Source of the DNA: Bdellovibrionales bacterium
Lineage (GTDB): Bacteria > Bdellovibrionota > Bdellovibrionia > Bdellovibrionales > Bdellovibrionaceae
DNA length: 64,000 nucleotides
Assembly: GCA_043754975.1 (NCBI GenBank)
Contig: JAYUTU010000001.1
Coordinates: 4,231-68,230, forward strand
Reading direction: 5' to 3'
Of the stretch, positions 54,688 to 64,000 are shown one piece after another (the first letter of the stretch is position 1; every line of letters starts with the position of its first letter). A model generated the notes under the pieces. The model worked only from the letters and a program-made list of their open reading frames with translations. It was not told the origin of the DNA and made no database searches. The translations under genes were made by a program, and so were the position numbers.

Positions 54688-55077
54688 ATGAAGTACAAAA
54701 TCAGTGTTTCTACTTTACGTCGTCGAATAAAAGCAGAGGATATCCATTTCAGATTTGATGATGGGAAATATTTAATCTGTGATGACCAAGCCCCGACATC
54801 GGACACAAGCCCGATTCATTACGTCCAGGAACATCGCCCCTCCCTTAAAAGTGACGCTGAGCCTGGAGTAATGAAAAATCATAATGCAGAAATGAAAGCG
54901 GATTCTGGTGAATCCGTTATCACTGCCGCAAATCGACTGCTGGCAGACCTAAAAAAAGCATACACTCAAATTCTGCAAGAAAAAGAACAGCAGATCAGGT
55001 ATTTGAATCAGGAAAACTCAGATTTAAAGACCCTGATCAAAGTGTTGGAATCAGAAAACCACAGACTGCGAAACTAA
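54637..55077 (+). CDS. MerR/Xis-like winged-HTH protein with C-terminal coiled coil
   Basis: WLPLADYSMKYKISVSTLRRRIK..FDDGKYLI N-domain; heptads LQEKEQQIRYLNQENSDLKTLIKVLESEN. Confidence 0.8.
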   Translation: MNTENASKSWLPLADYSMKYKISVSTLRRRIKAEDIHFRFDDGKYLICDDQAPTSDTSPIHYVQEHRPSLKSDAEPGVMKNHNAEMKADSGESVITAANRLLADLKKAYTQILQEKEQQIRYLNQENSDLKTLIKVLESENHRLRN

Positions 55078-55100
55078 TAACTCCGAGAACTACAAAAAGC

Positions 55101-55128
55101 AAAAGGCTAATCTTTCGATTAGCCTTTT
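55101..55128. terminator. Bidirectional intrinsic terminator between the HTH gene and lon
   Basis: AAAAGGCTAATC-tttc-GATTAGCCTTTT. Confidence 0.88.
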
Positions 55129-55153
55129 AACTTAGGAGGGAGCGTTGTTGAAA

Positions 55154-57562
55154 TTAGGCAGCAGCAGCAGAACTTTTAGTCTTCTTATCCTGTTTGCGCG
55201 TGCTTGTTTTCTTCGTAAAATTTTCAGATTTTTCAAATGCGACAGCAAAAACTTCATCTAAATTATCAGCTAGAATGAAATTAATTTTTTCCTTAAATAC
55301 CGGTGGAATATCTTCAAGATCTTTGGCGTTAGCCATAGGAATGATGATATTTGTGATACCTAAGTTCAGCGCAGCTAAACACTTTTCGCGAATTCCACCC
55401 ACGGGCAGAACACGTCCCTGTAAAGTAACTTCGCCCGTCATTGCAACATCGTTTCGAACTGCAGTGCCTGTCATAAGACTAACTAAAGCAGTTGTTAATG
55501 TGATACCTGCAGAGGGTCCGTCTTTTGGGATTGCTCCAGCTGGTAAGTGAATATGAATATCATTCTTATCAAAGAAATCAGCCGGAATATTTAATTCATC
55601 CATATGAGCCTTGGCATAAGACATAGCTGCGTGTGCAGATTCCTTCATGACGTCGCCGAGTTGCCCAGTCAACATCAAGCTACCTTTGCCCTTCATTTTT
55701 AGGGCTTCAATAACTAAAACTTCTCCACCAGCTTGAGTCCACGCCAGACCTTGAACGATTCCCACTTGCGATTCAAAAATCTTTTCATCGCGCATAAATC
55801 GAGGAGGTCCAAGTAGCTCTGCTACACTTGTCGGATTGATTTCAATAAAGTTTGCTTCAGCTAAAACAACTTTTTTAGCAACTTTTCGACAAACTGATCC
55901 AACTTCACGCTCTAAATTTCGGAGTCCTGCTTCACGGGTGTATCCTGCGATTAAGAATTTTAAACCCTCGTCGGTAAAGGCAATATTTTCAACAGTAATT
56001 CCGTTGGCTTCGATCTGTCTGTTGATCAAATGCTTTTTCGTAATTAATAATTTATCATTTTCAGTATAACCAGGAATGCTGATAAGTTCCATACGGTCAC
56101 GTAATGCTGCTGGAATGTTTTCAACCACGTTTGCAGTCGCAATGAACAGAACATTTGAAAGATCAAAATCAACATTTAAGTAATTATCACGAAAAGTTGA
56201 ATTTTGTTCGGGATCTAACACCTCAAGCATTGCTGATGCTGGATCACCACGAAAGTCAGAAGCCATTTTATCGATTTCGTCGAGTACGATAACTGGATTT
56301 CTAGTCTTTGCCTGGCGTAATGCCTGAATAATTTTTCCGGGCATAGCACCAACATATGTTCGGCGATGTCCACGAATTTCAGCCTCATCTTTGACTCCGC
56401 CTAAGGCGATGCGGAAATATTCTCGGCCCATGGCGCGCGCAATCGATTTACCCAGAGACGTTTTTCCAACACCTGGAGGTCCGTTGAAACAAAGAATCGG
56501 ACCTTTCATCGAAGATTTTAACTTTCTTACAGCTAAAAATTCGATAACGCGGTCTTTTGCTTTTTGTAAATCATAATGATCGTCATCTAGAATTTCTTTT
56601 GCTTTTTTAATATCAATAATATCTTCAGATTGTCTGCTCCAAGGAAGATCAACCATCCAGTCTAGATAAGTTCTAACCATAGTTGCTTCACTTGCATCAG
56701 GATGCATTCGCTCTAAACGGGCCAATTGCTTCAATGTTTCCGTTTGAACAGCTTCTGGCATTCCAGCAGCTAATACTTTATTTTTTAACTCGTCCATTTC
56801 CTCAGATTTTGAATCTTGGGCATCGCCCAACTCGCCTTTGATCGCTTTCATTTGGTCACGCAAAAAGTTTTCGCGCTGATTTTTTTGATCGTCGCGGCCA
56901 GTGCCACGGATTTTTGCCTGAGCTTGCATGATTTCAAGTTCTGTGTGTAAGAAACCACAGATTAATGTTAATCGTTCTTTTGGATCAATTGTCTCTAAGA
57001 CTTTTTGTGCATCATGAACTTTCAAACCAATGTTACTGGCAATAAGATCAGCGACTCGTCCAGCATCAGAAACATCGTCTAAGACTAAGAGAATGTCTGG
57101 AGATAGTGCTTTGCCTAGTGCAATTGTCTTTTCGATGTACTCTTTAGCTGTGCGAACCAGAGCTTCTACTTCAGCAGGATTTTTTGCCACTGAAACATCT
57201 TCTACTTTTTCTACAGACACTTCAAAACTGCCTGAGGTTTTTGTGAAAGATTTGATGCGGCCCTTAGCCTCGCCTTGAATTAAAATTTTAACACGACCGT
57301 CAGAAAGTTTTCTCATACGCATAATTTTTGCGATGGTGCCGATTTCGTAGATGCTGTCAGGAGACGGATTTTCTTCAGCAATATCTTTTTGCGAAGCTAA
57401 AAAGATAAGGCGATTTTTAGTTAGAGCCTCTTCCACCGAACGAATAGATGATTCTCTTCCAACAAAAAGTGGAATGATCATATACGGAAATACAACTATA
57501 TCGCGCACGGGCAACATCGGTAGTGTTTGTGGAATCTCAACTGGTTGGTTATCAAATGTCAT
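55154..57562 (-). CDS. lon: ATP-dependent Lon protease
   Basis: LPVRDIVVFP, GPPGVGKTS and PKDGPSAG; ATG 57562 after CAGGAG. Confidence 0.98.
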   Translation of the reverse strand: MTFDNQPVEIPQTLPMLPVRDIVVFPYMIIPLFVGRESSIRSVEEALTKNRLIFLASQKDIAEENPSPDSIYEIGTIAKIMRMRKLSDGRVKILIQGEAKGRIKSFTKTSGSFEVSVEKVEDVSVAKNPAEVEALVRTAKEYIEKTIALGKALSPDILLVLDDVSDAGRVADLIASNIGLKVHDAQKVLETIDPKERLTLICGFLHTELEIMQAQAKIRGTGRDDQKNQRENFLRDQMKAIKGELGDAQDSKSEEMDELKNKVLAAGMPEAVQTETLKQLARLERMHPDASEATMVRTYLDWMVDLPWSRQSEDIIDIKKAKEILDDDHYDLQKAKDRVIEFLAVRKLKSSMKGPILCFNGPPGVGKTSLGKSIARAMGREYFRIALGGVKDEAEIRGHRRTYVGAMPGKIIQALRQAKTRNPVIVLDEIDKMASDFRGDPASAMLEVLDPEQNSTFRDNYLNVDFDLSNVLFIATANVVENIPAALRDRMELISIPGYTENDKLLITKKHLINRQIEANGITVENIAFTDEGLKFLIAGYTREAGLRNLEREVGSVCRKVAKKVVLAEANFIEINPTSVAELLGPPRFMRDEKIFESQVGIVQGLAWTQAGGEVLVIEALKMKGKGSLMLTGQLGDVMKESAHAAMSYAKAHMDELNIPADFFDKNDIHIHLPAGAIPKDGPSAGITLTTALVSLMTGTAVRNDVAMTGEVTLQGRVLPVGGIREKCLAALNLGITNIIIPMANAKDLEDIPPVFKEKINFILADNLDEVFAVAFEKSENFTKKTSTRKQDKKTKSSAAAA

Positions 57563-57587
57563 ATAGGCTCCTGTTTCCTTAATAAAC

Positions 57588-57615
57588 ATTTCGGAGCTAT
57601 CTGAGATTCGCTTTA
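57588..57615 (-). promoter_or_regulatory. Possible sigma28 (FliA)-type promoter of lon
   Basis: Minus strand TAAAG-N15-TCCGAAAT, ending about 25 nt before the ATG. Confidence 0.4.
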
Positions 57616-57690
57616 ATCATAACGAGTCTGGTTTTAGCCAGTTGCTAAAAATCAAGACTGACATCTGTGAACTATGGAGAAAACAAACAG

Positions 57691-58074
57691 TTACTGGATG
57701 AGATTTCTTGATGAAGTCTCTTGATCTTCCATACATGAGATGCAAAGTGTGGCCAAAGGTCTAGCCTTTAAGCGCCGTAAATCAATCACATCGCCACAGC
57801 TTTCGCAGTCGCCAAACTTATTTAAGGCAAATTTTGAAAGCGCTTTATCGATTAAAATAAGTGATAGGCGGTCGCGCTCGTGCAGTTGGATGCTAAGATT
57901 TGATTCAAGCTCTTGAGCGACGGCATCGGCTTCACCCGATGACTTCGAAAGCTCCGACTGTTGTGACTTGAATTCGAAATTTTTATTCAAAATTTCGCTC
58001 TTTTGTTGCAGCAGTGATTGTTTTATCGCCTCAAGTTCAGCGCGGTTGCTGGCTTGGGTTTCGGTGTTCTTCAT
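57691..58074 (-). CDS. DksA/TraR-family protein with intact C4 zinc finger
   Basis: IDKAL..FGDCESCG..I..RRLKARP.ATLCISC. Confidence 0.9.
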   Translation of the reverse strand: MKNTETQASNRAELEAIKQSLLQQKSEILNKNFEFKSQQSELSKSSGEADAVAQELESNLSIQLHERDRLSLILIDKALSKFALNKFGDCESCGDVIDLRRLKARPLATLCISCMEDQETSSRNLIQ

Positions 58075-58222
58075 CTAAATCCCCTCGATAAGGTTGCCGA
58101 AATCTCAGGGGATAATTGACTTTGTGCTCGGGCATGTCATCAAAAAACCTTTCATTAGCCTGATGAATCATCGCTCATCATTTGTGAACGAATAACACGC
58201 TTATTTCATGTATAAATTTTTT

Positions 58223-58627
58223 TTATCTTGCGAATTTTTTATTTAAACTTTCGCGCAGTTCAGCTCCCTCGATACTGTAGCGGGTGTGCGGCAAAGCAAG
58301 CAATCGCTCTGCCTCAATTTGCTCAGCCGTTTCTTCACAAATTCCATACGTGCCTACTTCTAAGCGCGCTAAAGCAAATTCGATTTCAAGAAGCTGTGAC
58401 TTCAGTCTAGATTGATTAACTAAAAATGTATGTTCCTCTTGATGAGCAGCAGACTGGTCAATTTCATCGCCGGCTGCTTTGTCTAGAAGATTAAATTGCT
58501 GAGTGGCTTGCTGGGAGCGGTTTAAAATTTCCATCTTCATCTGCAAAAGTTTCTGCTTACATTCTGTGAATACCTTTTGCGAAACTGTAGTGGTCGATGT
58601 GCTTTTCGTATTTTTTTTATATGCCAT
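58223..58627 (-). CDS. DksA/TraR-family protein, zinc finger degenerate (one Cys)
   Basis: GDEIDQS tip; ALARL..GTYGICEET..RLLALPHTRYS. Confidence 0.9.
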   Translation of the reverse strand: MAYKKNTKSTSTTTVSQKVFTECKQKLLQMKMEILNRSQQATQQFNLLDKAAGDEIDQSAAHQEEHTFLVNQSRLKSQLLEIEFALARLEVGTYGICEETAEQIEAERLLALPHTRYSIEGAELRESLNKKFAR

Positions 58628-58682
58628 GTTAGCCTCCTTGCTTGGAAACTAGGACAGCACTCTAAAACAATCCGGTTAAATC

Positions 58683-60422
58683 TTAATCAACTTTTTTTAT
58701 GATGCCAGACTCTAACGAAAGGATATGCAATGGACGCTCAAGCTCACGCTGAGAGGACATTCTAAGCTGTCCGGTAACCCCCTGAGTGCGGCCTAATGAG
58801 CGTAAACTGCTGGCCAAGCTATCACGGCTACTAACACCATCTGCAAGTAAATCTCGAATGATTTTAGCAGCTTCGAAAACCTGCATCTCAATGAGCGTAG
58901 GCTCTTCGTTAAAGGCAGCAAAATAGTCCTTATAAAACGATGTTTCTTTGGGTGTTGAATCGCTTTGGTCAATGGCATCGACGAAATAGATTTGATTGCT
59001 GTTGGTGCCAACACGTTTTCCAAGTTCGGCACTATTCCAAATATTAGTCCCTAAAAAAACAATGGGAGGGACATCATTTACTTTTAGAAAAGCCATGACC
59101 TGACTCAATGTTTTCCCAGTATCAGGAATAAATAAAACATCAAAATCAACGATCGGGCTTAAGACACTTTCTAAAACCTCATTGGCGCGCGAATTTTTCG
59201 CAGGAACTTTGTTTTTATTTTTTTCAGCTTTCCCTTTTTTTTCTAAAGCCATTTCTTTTAAGCGCTCCTTGTATTCCTCGGGGCGGCCTTCGGGATAATA
59301 CGTTCCAGTCATTTTCTGAATCATCGAAGTAAAATCATTTTCCTTAGCATCGTAAGTTTGTGCAGCCATTATTTTTCCACCACGCGCTAGAACGTGATCC
59401 CAGTAAATATTAGCGAACTCGACACCATACGCATCATTTGGATATAAAACGGCAAAGCGTTTGGCATTTAGTTTTTCGACCGCATGTTGGACCAGACGGT
59501 CGATTTGCATTTCAGCAGTTAAAGAATTACGAAAAACGTAATCGCCAATTCCAGTCAGTCCCGACTTTTGTGATAGGCCAATAAACGGCACACCAAGTAA
59601 ATCAGCTTTTTGTCCAGCAGACAGGGCCTCCTTCGAGGACAGTCCACCAATTAGGGCGATGGCTTTATCTTCGCGTACCAGTTTTTCTACGCCTGCTATT
59701 GCTAGCTCTGGTTTGCCTTGAGTATCAAAAATTGCTAGGCGTAATTTTGTACCAGGTTTATTTAATCCAAGACCAATTCGAATAGAATTTAAAGCATGTT
59801 GTCCGATGTTAGCATTTTTACCACTTAACGGAAGAACTGCGCCGACAACTTTGGGATCTACTTCCTGCAGTGCCAGTATTAAATTTATTTCTGCATTTGC
59901 TTTGGCAGCTTGCGGGGTTTCCGGAAACAACATGGCAATAGAGCGGTAATACTGCAGCGCTAAATCAGGCTGACGCTTTTTCTGCGCTACCTGGGCAGCT
60001 TTAAAAGATAAAACCGTTCGATAGGGCTGAATCACTAAATCTGCCTGAGCAGCTTCTATTGCTTTATCTAATGCGACCAGCTCAGTTTCATTCGCAATCG
60101 CCTCAAGAATTTTTGTTTTTGCGATTCCAGACGTTTTCATCATCGCCAGTAAGTCTTTATCTTCCGACGGAAGCACTACCAAGGGGGTTTGATTATCTAA
60201 CGCTGCAGTCGGCTTTGCAGCTCGCGCAGCTTGCGATTGAATAGGTTGGTCTGACTGAGAAATTGAAACAGGCATCTTCACAAGCTGAGTTGGCACTTCT
60301 GGAGGCATTTTAGAAGGAGCATTTTTTCGCGACGGGTACATTTGCACCGACGTGCTACTACAAGAAAATAGACATAGGCTACACGCCACTAAAAAAAATG
60401 ACATAAAAAAAATGCGGATCAT
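58683..60422 (-). CDS. LpoA/LppC-like lipoprotein (TPR + type I periplasmic-binding fold; penicillin-binding protein activator-like)
   Basis: Lipobox LFSC; [25 protein letters not shown] and GVTG motifs; ATGA overlap with the dnaJ stop. Confidence 0.75.
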   Translation of the reverse strand: MIRIFFMSFFLVACSLCLFSCSSTSVQMYPSRKNAPSKMPPEVPTQLVKMPVSISQSDQPIQSQAARAAKPTAALDNQTPLVVLPSEDKDLLAMMKTSGIAKTKILEAIANETELVALDKAIEAAQADLVIQPYRTVLSFKAAQVAQKKRQPDLALQYYRSIAMLFPETPQAAKANAEINLILALQEVDPKVVGAVLPLSGKNANIGQHALNSIRIGLGLNKPGTKLRLAIFDTQGKPELAIAGVEKLVREDKAIALIGGLSSKEALSAGQKADLLGVPFIGLSQKSGLTGIGDYVFRNSLTAEMQIDRLVQHAVEKLNAKRFAVLYPNDAYGVEFANIYWDHVLARGGKIMAAQTYDAKENDFTSMIQKMTGTYYPEGRPEEYKERLKEMALEKKGKAEKNKNKVPAKNSRANEVLESVLSPIVDFDVLFIPDTGKTLSQVMAFLKVNDVPPIVFLGTNIWNSAELGKRVGTNSNQIYFVDAIDQSDSTPKETSFYKDYFAAFNEEPTLIEMQVFEAAKIIRDLLADGVSSRDSLASSLRSLGRTQGVTGQLRMSSQRELERPLHILSLESGIIKKVD

Positions 60423-61408
60423 TTTCTACCCTTCAACAAAGTGTTTAACTTGTCTTGATATGATTTTACTAACGGCGTGCCTTCCTTTGAGCGCTGTAGC
60501 TCCTCAAGGATTTCTTTTTGTCGAGAAGTAATATTTAAAGGAGTATCTACAATCACGCGCACAAGCATATCGCCAGCACCGGTTGAGCCTAATTTAGCAA
60601 AGCCTTTGCTTTTAAGTCGAAAGATCTGGCCAGTGTGAGTTCCTGGTGGAATTTTAATTTCTGCTTTTCCAAACAGTGTTGGAATTTCTGCTGTAGAACC
60701 TAAGATAGCGTCTGTGTAGGGAACCGGAAGCTCCAGCACGACGTCGTGCTCGTCACGCTTAAAAAGAGGGTGGTCTTGCAGACTAATGATAACATACAGG
60801 TCACCCGCTTCTCCGTTTCCAGGACGGTCGCCCTCTTGGGTTAGCTTTAATCGCTGACCTTCTTTGACTCCAGCGGGAACTGTCACCGATAATTTTGCAG
60901 ATTCTTCTTTTGAACCATTTTGGCGCATAAAACTAACAGTTTTTTCTGCACCGACAGCGGCCTCTTCAAATGTAATTGTTAATGAGTAGCGCAAATCAGA
61001 ACCGCGCACAGGACGATTTGAAAATCCGCCACGGCTACGCGCACCCGTTTGGCCAAATGGGTTTCCGCGCCCACCGCGCGCGGCTCCACCAGAAAAGATA
61101 TCCCCAAAAACATCCCCAAAAATATCTTGAAACGGATCGCCGCCTTGACTAGCACCGAACCCACCATTGCCGAAAGGATTTCCCTGTGCTCCGGCAGTCC
61201 CGAATTGATCATAATTTTGTCGCTTTTTTTCATCGCTAAGAATTTCGTAAGCTTCAGAAAGTTCTTTGAACTTTTCCTCTGCCTTTTTGTTTCCTTGATT
61301 TTTGTCAGGGTGATGCTGCATTGCCAGCTTACGGTAGGCCTTTTTTATTTCGTCAGCGTTTGCTGATTTGGAAACACCCAAGACCTGATAAAAATCTTTT
61401 TTTGACAT
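60419..61408 (-). CDS. dnaJ: Class B J-domain co-chaperone (DnaJ/CbpA-like, no zinc finger)
   Basis: HPD J-domain, G/F region with DIF repeats, C-terminal domains; no CxxCxGxG. Confidence 0.92.
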   Translation of the reverse strand: MSKKDFYQVLGVSKSANADEIKKAYRKLAMQHHPDKNQGNKKAEEKFKELSEAYEILSDEKKRQNYDQFGTAGAQGNPFGNGGFGASQGGDPFQDIFGDVFGDIFSGGAARGGRGNPFGQTGARSRGGFSNRPVRGSDLRYSLTITFEEAAVGAEKTVSFMRQNGSKEESAKLSVTVPAGVKEGQRLKLTQEGDRPGNGEAGDLYVIISLQDHPLFKRDEHDVVLELPVPYTDAILGSTAEIPTLFGKAEIKIPPGTHTGQIFRLKSKGFAKLGSTGAGDMLVRVIVDTPLNITSRQKEILEELQRSKEGTPLVKSYQDKLNTLLKGRK

Positions 61409-61413
61409 CGAGT

Positions 61414-61968
61414 TTAAGCCTCAGTCTTTGGCGCAATGGCCACAACAACTTGTCCAGTGCGAATAACTTTGTCATGAAGCTTATACGGCTTTTTAAAAAC
61501 CTGTGAAATATGTCCAGCTGGAACGGCTGATGTTGGCTCTGAACTTAAGGCCTCGTGGTAAGCAGGATTAAAGGCCTTCCCCTCGCTTGGAACTTCGTGA
61601 ATTCCATGCTTCGTCAGCACGTCCTTTAGTTCTTTGGCAGTTAATTCAATTCCAGTTTTATAATTATTTAAAGTTTCTGCAGTTAATTGAGTCTGCATAG
61701 CACGTTCAAAATTATCAACGACGTCTAAAATATCTCGAGCCATTCGCTCAGTCCCAAATTTTAATAAATCAGAACGCTCTTTAATTGCATTACGCTTATG
61801 ATTTTCAAATTCCGCTTTTAAATAAAGAAAATCATTTTTCCATTTTGTTGCATCTTCAAGAGCAAGCTCTAGCTCACTCTTGGCAGCAGTAGCTCCGAAT
61901 GTATTTTCTAGGGGCTCTGCGTTTTCTGTATCGGCAGCCAACTTTTCGCTTTTATTTTCATTAGACAT
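61414..61968 (-). CDS. grpE: Nucleotide exchange factor GrpE
   Basis: [23 protein letters not shown] and Y.LHDKVIR. Confidence 0.96.
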   Translation of the reverse strand: MSNENKSEKLAADTENAEPLENTFGATAAKSELELALEDATKWKNDFLYLKAEFENHKRNAIKERSDLLKFGTERMARDILDVVDNFERAMQTQLTAETLNNYKTGIELTAKELKDVLTKHGIHEVPSEGKAFNPAYHEALSSEPTSAVPAGHISQVFKKPYKLHDKVIRTGQVVVAIAPKTEA

Positions 61969-62055
61969 TGTGTCACTCCCAGGATTTCTAAGTCTTTATA
62001 AACATTGAGTTTTCTATTCAAATTGTCAATGTGTGCAGCTATAATAAAGTGGATT

Positions 62056-63243
62056 CTAAGTGATATCATTTTCGAGGAACGTAAACTTCTCAAAAACCTG
62101 ATTACTCACAAGAACGCCGCTGTCCGTTAACTTATAAGCACCATCAGCACGCTCGATGACTTTGTGAGCCAACAGCGGCAGGGCTGCGCTCTCTACTAAA
62201 AGCCTAGCAGTGGCTCCAAATTTACCCTGAACCTCGGTGAGCAACAATCCATCACTTAAGCGAAGGGCCGTATGGCAAAAATCCGTTAGCGACTGATTTT
62301 TTAAAAGCAACTCTCTGTTAGATTTTGCTAAACCCTGAACAGAATTTATCAAAAGGCTAGATTCAATCTCTTTTGTGTAAATATCAAAATTGCTCGGATT
62401 CCAAAATCGGGAGCCCCAGTTGTTTTCTTGCAGGGTATCTTTCATATACGAATGAGCGCTCAAACCAAGACCCCAATAGTTCTGATCGGTCCAGTATAGC
62501 AAGTTGTGTTGAGACTCATTTCCCGGCAAGGCGTAATTAGAGATTTCATAGCGTGCAAAGTTTTTAGCAGTCAGTTTTTTATGAATGATATCAAACATTT
62601 CAATTTGCTCGAGCTCTAAGGGCCGATTTTTTGAAAGGGGGTGGCCCTCAGGAACAGTTAAGCAATACGGTGAAATATGTTTTGAACCTAAATCCACAGC
62701 AATTTCCACATCCGTTCGCAGCTCCTCTAAGGTCTGGCTTGGCAGAGCGAATAGCAAATCAAAAGAAAAATTTAAATTGTATTTTCTTAAGAGCTCTAAA
62801 GTTTGTTTTGTTTGAAAGGCAGTGTGTTCCCGGTGCACCATTTTTAGTAAACGATCAGAAAAGGTTTGCGCTCCCACACTAAAGCGATTGACGCCCGCAC
62901 CCAAATAAATTTCCAATTTTTGCTCATCGATTGTCGCTGGATTGATTTCGATAGTAATCTCGGTACTAGGTCCAGTTTGATAACCAAACTTGGAAAGCTC
63001 AGCAATCAGACTTACAATACAGTTAGCTGGAATAAGGCTTGGAGTTCCACCGCCGAAATAAAGTGTCTTCAGCGGTGTGTTTTTGAAGTTTTCAAATAAG
63101 TTATGACGTAATGAAATTTCTTTTTTGACAACCTCAACATAAAACTCAGGTGGCTTTATTTCGGAGTGAACGTAGGTCGCAAAATCACAGTAGGTACAGC
63201 GCTGCAAGCAATACGGAATGTGAAAGTAAACGCCTAAACCCAT
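62056..63243 (-). CDS. hemW: Radical SAM heme chaperone HemW
   Basis: YFHIPYCLQRCTYCDF, GGGTPS, YEISNYA and HNLLYW. Confidence 0.93.
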   Translation of the reverse strand: MGLGVYFHIPYCLQRCTYCDFATYVHSEIKPPEFYVEVVKKEISLRHNLFENFKNTPLKTLYFGGGTPSLIPANCIVSLIAELSKFGYQTGPSTEITIEINPATIDEQKLEIYLGAGVNRFSVGAQTFSDRLLKMVHREHTAFQTKQTLELLRKYNLNFSFDLLFALPSQTLEELRTDVEIAVDLGSKHISPYCLTVPEGHPLSKNRPLELEQIEMFDIIHKKLTAKNFARYEISNYALPGNESQHNLLYWTDQNYWGLGLSAHSYMKDTLQENNWGSRFWNPSNFDIYTKEIESSLLINSVQGLAKSNRELLLKNQSLTDFCHTALRLSDGLLLTEVQGKFGATARLLVESAALPLLAHKVIERADGAYKLTDSGVLVSNQVFEKFTFLENDIT

Positions 63244-63256
63244 AAAGGATTTATAG

Positions 63257-64000
63257 ATGAAGCAAGTTAAATTTCAACTTAAAAACAAACTAAAGGTTCT
63301 TTTAATACAAAGCCAGAAGTCACCAGTTGTCAGTGTGCAGATGTGGGTGAAAACAGGCAGTGCCGACGAGAAAAAGGGCGAAGAAGGCATTAGCCATTTT
63401 ATCGAACATCTGGTCTTCAAGGGCTCTGATAAATTCAAAGTGGGTGAAATAGCTAATGTGGTCGAGGCCTCTGGCGGCGAGCTCAATGCGTTTACCTCAT
63501 TTGATCAAACCGTTTTCTATGTCACCATTTCGAAAAACTACAGTGACGTGGCGTTAGACGTTGTCAGCCAAATGATGGGCTATCCAATTTTTGATCCTAA
63601 AGAAATTGATAGTGAGCGAGAAGTTGTCTGCGAAGAAATTAAAATGGGAAAAGATTCTCCGCAGCGCAGATCTTCGCAGCTATTATTTTCTACTGCATTT
63701 AAAAAACATGCCTATGGAATTCCAGTTATTGGCTATGCCAAGAATGTTCGTTCGTGGTCGGCCAAAAAAATTAAAAGCTTCTATCAATCTCGCTATGTGC
63801 CGTCGAATATGTTTTTAGTCATATCCGGAGATTTTGAAACAGCTGCCATGAAGCAAAAAGTAGAAGAACATTTTTCAAGTTTTAAGCCCTACAAATTAGA
63901 TAAAAGAAAACGAACTGCAGAGCCCGAGCAAAAGTCATTTGTTTCTAAATTTGAAAAATCAGAGTTACAAGATCAGCACTTGCATTTTTCGTTTAAAGCT
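63257..64000 (+). CDS. M16 (pitrilysin-like) zinc peptidase, 3' end runs off the window
   Basis: Read manually: MKQVKFQLKNKL..GSADE..GISHFIEHLVFKG (HxxEH), NAFTSFDQT. Confidence 0.93.
   Translation, partial: MKQVKFQLKNKLKVLLIQSQKSPVVSVQMWVKTGSADEKKGEEGISHFIEHLVFKGSDKFKVGEIANVVEASGGELNAFTSFDQTVFYVTISKNYSDVALDVVSQMMGYPIFDPKEIDSEREVVCEEIKMGKDSPQRRSSQLLFSTAFKKHAYGIPVIGYAKNVRSWSAKKIKSFYQSRYVPSNMFLVISGDFETAAMKQKVEEHFSSFKPYKLDKRKRTAEPEQKSFVSKFEKSELQDQHLHFSFKA

Noticed and set aside
61995-62013. HAIR-like ATTGAGT...ATTCAAA arms upstream of grpE (starting near 62004)
   Set aside because: The spacer is 5 nt rather than 7 and the arms are imperfect

Overview
This window is the replication-origin region of a Bdellovibrionaceae-like predatory bacterium (inferred from gene order and protein style). 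It contains oriC between dnaA and dnaN, with an AT-rich unwinding element, (TAG)5 DnaA-trios and DnaA boxes. To the left of dnaA are dnaN-recF-gyrB-gyrA-TPR-atpZ/I/B/E, a PPIase x3-pdxA-PMM/PGM cluster, etfBA, sdhCAB and a partial S8 protease. To the right are rpmH-rnpA-yidD-yidC-jag-mnmE-mnmG-rsmG, two palindromic parS sites, parA-parB-bactofilin, atpF'FHAGDC, mfd, a membrane-arm-only nuoAHJKLMN operon, a patatin, an HTH/coiled-coil protein, lon, two tandem DksA paralogs, lpoA-like, dnaJ, grpE, hemW and a partial M16 peptidase. I saw no tRNA/rRNA, CRISPR array, prophage or transposase. It is mostly core housekeeping DNA. The best leads are: a MerR/Xis-like HTH-coiled-coil gene surrounded by a cluster of TGA(A/G)TAGTCA-like motifs that also has a near-match upstream of parA; a lipoprotein gene bracketed by a canonical and a variant parS; a DksA pair with complementary degeneration; a small protein with a clamp-binding-like motif; and natural GyrA S83L-like and GyrB R136K-like residues. 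All calls were made by eye, without database searches.
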